DNA of 41,204 nucleotides from positions 1 through 41,204 of the IMG/VR virus record IMGVR_UViG_3300043391_000272, one strand, 5' to 3'. Below are positions 37,392-41,204 of the stretch, one piece after another. The notes beneath the pieces were generated by a model that made no database searches, was not told the DNA's origin, and saw only the letters and a program-made list of their open reading frames with translations. This DNA is from a virus. Taxonomy: Duplodnaviria > Caudoviricetes. The position numbers and the translations under genes were made by a program. Within the stretch, counting starts at the first letter, position 1; each line of letters starts with the position of its first letter.

Positions 37392-38123
37392 ATGTATTAT
37401 GTTTATCAATTAATAGACCCGAGAGTTAATCTTCCTTTCTATGTTGGAAAGGGGAAAGATAATCGGGTCTATTTTCATTTGTCTGAGAAATCCAGGGCAA
37501 AAAGTGATAATGAAAGAAAGTTTAATAAAATACAAAAAATAAGAAAAGAAGGATATGAACCAGAAATCAAAATAGTTCAATATTTTGAAAATGAAAATGA
37601 TGCCTATAATTATGAAGAGCAGTTAATAAAGAAATATGGTAGAATTAGATATGATGAAGGTGGAATATTGACAAATATATGCGAGAGTTCAAGACCACCA
37701 AAATTAAAAGGTAAAACTTACCAAGAAATATATGGTGACAATTGGGAAAAGCAAGTAGAGAAAAGAAGAACCTTACAAATTGAAGCAGGAGGATATGGTC
37801 CAAAGAAGCATACAAAAGAAACTAAAAGAAAAATAAGTGAAAAAGTAGCAGGAAAAAATAACCCAAGTTATGGTATTCCTTGTAGTGAAGAAAGAAAAAG
37901 AAAAATAAGTGAAAGAGCAAAAGAAAGATTTGCAAATGGATTTTTATCCCCATCAGCAAAAACTTGGAAGTTAATTTCTCCCTGTGATAAGGAGTTCATA
38001 ATCACGGGAAAACTTAAAGACTTTTGTAAAGAGCATAATATTTCATATGCGACTATGAGTGCTGCTATTCTATATAATAGAACTGGACCAAGAAAGAATG
38101 GTTGGAGCATAACTACTTTATAA
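37392..38123 (+). mobile_element. Free-standing GIY-YIG homing endonuclease with NUMOD3 repeats
   Basis: YYVYQLIDPR..FYVGKGKDNR, LTNI, KHTKETKRKISE, SEERKRKISE. Confidence 0.88.
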
Positions 38124-38151
38124 ATAAAAGAAAGTAAAACGTATTAGCAAG

Positions 38152-39327
<1,176 letters not shown>

Positions 39328-39343
39328 TAAAATAATTCTTCAG

Positions 39344-39398
39344 GGGGCTTGACAAGTCCCCCTTTTTTGTATAGACTAGGTTTGTCCCGGTTGAAGAT
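39344..39398 (+). repeat. Copy 2 of the inverted promoter/leader element, also overlapping a terminator
   Basis: TTGACA(39349)-17-TAGACT(39372); GGGGGCTT-GAC-AAGTCCCCC-T6 hairpin; inverted match to 5001-5055. Confidence 0.9.
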
Positions 39399-39425
39399 AA
39401 ATAATAGCTCATAAGATTACTTTAT

Positions 39426-39881
39426 ATGAGCTATGAGAACCCATGGAAATTTAATGGGGAAATATTTGAGTCTGATCATATAGAAGATTATTTTGGATTT
39501 GTTTATCATATTCACTCTAAGATCACCGGTAGAAGTTACATAGGACGCAAGTATCTGTGGTCGTTTAGAACTCCTCCTGGAAAGAAAAGGAAGGTAAAGC
39601 AAGAATCTGATTGGAAAAAATACTACGGATCTTGCCCCGAACTTAAAGAGGACGTTAAGAAGTATGGTAAAGAATGTTTTGAAAGGAAAATAATATCATT
39701 ACATAAGACCAAGGGTAAGTGTAATTTCGAAGAAACACGGCAACTTTTCCTAAATAATGTACTGACCGAAGCACTTGACTCTGGGGTTCCTGCGTACTAT
39801 AATAGTAACATACTCTCCAGATATTTTAGGAAGGATTATTTTGATGGTTACCTTGGAACAGACCCTTCGGACATCACATGA
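39426..39881 (+). CDS. Conserved GIY-YIG endonuclease
   Basis: YENPW, FGFVYHI..GRSYIGRK, ESDWKKYYGS, YYNSNI. Confidence 0.85.
   Translation: MSYENPWKFNGEIFESDHIEDYFGFVYHIHSKITGRSYIGRKYLWSFRTPPGKKRKVKQESDWKKYYGSCPELKEDVKKYGKECFERKIISLHKTKGKCNFEETRQLFLNNVLTEALDSGVPAYYNSNILSRYFRKDYFDGYLGTDPSDIT
39775..39803 (+). promoter_or_regulatory. Sigma70 promoter inside the GIY-YIG gene
   Basis: TTGACT-17nt-TATAAT. Confidence 0.6.
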
Positions 39882-40044
39882 TTGGGCAGTTGATCGTATT
39901 CATTCTCTATGTGAACAAAAGGACTATGAAGATGCTCATGCAATTCAATCAGAATTTAGTGAATGGTTGAATCCAAATATTTCTGATCATGATATTTTTT
40001 CATTAGAATTCATAGGAGAAGAAAATGACTTTAGATCTTCATAA
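39844..40044 (+). CDS. Small acidic hypothetical protein
   Basis: ATG 39844 with AGGA upstream; 66 aa. Confidence 0.65.
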   Translation: MVTLEQTLRTSHDWAVDRIHSLCEQKDYEDAHAIQSEFSEWLNPNISDHDIFSLEFIGEENDFRSS

Positions 40045-40696
40045 CTTTTTTAAATTTTATGATGATGGTAATGCAAATCATGTAGCAGCAGTTCAATGGT
40101 TAGAGGATAATCTACCTGTTGAATTCTTGGATGATTCTGAAACAGAGTGGATAGGAATGTTCAGAACAAAACCACCAACACCATCAGTATTGGAGGTTCC
40201 CTACTTTAATCAAGTAGACAACTATAGAGATGCACATAGAACTTGCAACTCTTCATCGTGTGCTATGTGCCTTGCTTTCCTCAAGCCAGGAAGCATCAAA
40301 GGTGATGATGAATATGTCAAGAAAGTATTTGCAATTGGTGATACAACTGATCACTCAGTTCAAACCAAGGTTCTACAAGGTTATGGTGTTAAGTCACACT
40401 TTAGTTACAATCTTTCTTTTTCTGATATTGATAAAAGTTTGGATGCTGGCAAACCTGTCGTTATTGGTATTCTTCACCGGGGTTCTCTTTCTGCACCTAC
40501 TGGTGGGCACATGTGTGTAGTGATTGGTAAGACACCAGATGGAAAAGGATATTATGTAAATGATCCTTATGGTTCATTAAATGACAACTATACTGGACCA
40601 GTAACAAACGGTAAGAAAACCGTTTATACCAAAGCAGTTCTTAAGCATCGTTGGTGCCCAGGTGGCAGCGATGGTTGGGGTCGTATTTTTGATTGA
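40025..40696 (+). CDS. C39-like cysteine peptidase with shared N-terminal domain
   Basis: LEVPYFNQ, TCNSSSCAM, GGHMCVVIG, VNDPYG (Cys-His-Asp). Confidence 0.85.
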   Translation: MTLDLHNFFKFYDDGNANHVAAVQWLEDNLPVEFLDDSETEWIGMFRTKPPTPSVLEVPYFNQVDNYRDAHRTCNSSSCAMCLAFLKPGSIKGDDEYVKKVFAIGDTTDHSVQTKVLQGYGVKSHFSYNLSFSDIDKSLDAGKPVVIGILHRGSLSAPTGGHMCVVIGKTPDGKGYYVNDPYGSLNDNYTGPVTNGKKTVYTKAVLKHRWCPGGSDGWGRIFD

Positions 40697-40714
40697 TATC
40701 TAAGGAGAAAACCA

Positions 40715-41204
40715 ATGGCAAGAATCGATTTACACAACTTCTTTAAGTTTTACGACGAGAAGAACCCTAATCACATCAAAGCAGTTCAGTGGTTAGAAGA
40801 TAATCTTCCAGTTAAGTATCTTGATGATACTGTAGATTGGGCGGAGATTTATAGAGGAAAAAAGGGTAATGCTGCACCAGCATCTGCACCAACTGCTAGT
40901 GCTCCTGTAAGTAGTGGTGGTGATGATATGCCTATGACGGGTCTAAAACTCATTAAAGAGTTTGAAGGATGTCACCTCAAAGCATACCCAGATCCTCTCT
41001 CAGGTGGACTTCCAATCACGATTGGTTGGGGAACCACCCGTAAGAAGGATGGATCACCATTCCATATGGGTGATACTATCACTCAACAGGAAGCAGATGA
41101 GTTATTGATTACTCAATGTAAGAACCAGTTTCTTCCATCACTTCGTAAAATTCCACACTGGAATGAAATGTCTGATGGTAAAAGAGGAGCACTTCTCTCC
41201 TTTG
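40715..41204 (+). CDS. GH24 phage lysozyme with shared N-terminal domain (runs off the window end; absent from the ORF track)
   Basis: AAGGAG RBS; MARIDLHNFFKFYDEKNPNH..., A/P/S linker, then LIKEFEGCHLKAYPD..TIGWG..ITQQEAD. Confidence 0.88.
   Translation, partial: MARIDLHNFFKFYDEKNPNHIKAVQWLEDNLPVKYLDDTVDWAEIYRGKKGNAAPASAPTASAPVSSGGDDMPMTGLKLIKEFEGCHLKAYPDPLSGGLPITIGWGTTRKKDGSPFHMGDTITQQEADELLITQCKNQFLPSLRKIPHWNEMSDGKRGALLSF

Noticed and set aside
39844-40044. NblA-like phycobilisome degradation protein
   Set aside because: Only size and an LEQ tripeptide fit; the rest does not resemble NblA

Overview
A 41-kb segment of a T4-like myophage genome, most likely a cyanomyovirus (cobS/vWA pair, hsp20, mazG, DUF3110-like gene, cyanobacterial-type tRNA-Ala). 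The host assignment is inference. All credible genes are on the + strand. Order: end of gp22, gp23, gp3, uvsY, a GIY-YIG homing endonuclease, uvsW, gp55, gp47/gp46, cobT-like/cobS, gp45, gp44, dam, gp62, regA, hsp20, gp43, uvsX, gp41, mazG, tRNA-Ala, a late/virion block, gp61, nrdA/nrdB, two more GIY-YIG genes and two cell-wall hydrolases. Five signals stand out. (1) A dispersed family of late-promoter-driven, Lys/Arg-rich modular proteins has leaders and a conserved 39-aa acidic spacer that end in prohead-protease-like [LIV]-x-E sites, and two members carry T4-type capsid-targeting N-termini. They look like packaged, cleaved polyproteins with swappable payloads. (2) Three of these genes sit in cassettes with shared 5' and 3' flanks. 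(3) A 55-bp promoter-plus-leader element occurs twice, inverted, 34 kb apart. (4) An AACTG motif lies exactly 39 nt before TATAAT at three promoters. (5) Two different hydrolases share one N-terminal domain. All calls come from reading the sequence and remembered family motifs; no searches were run.
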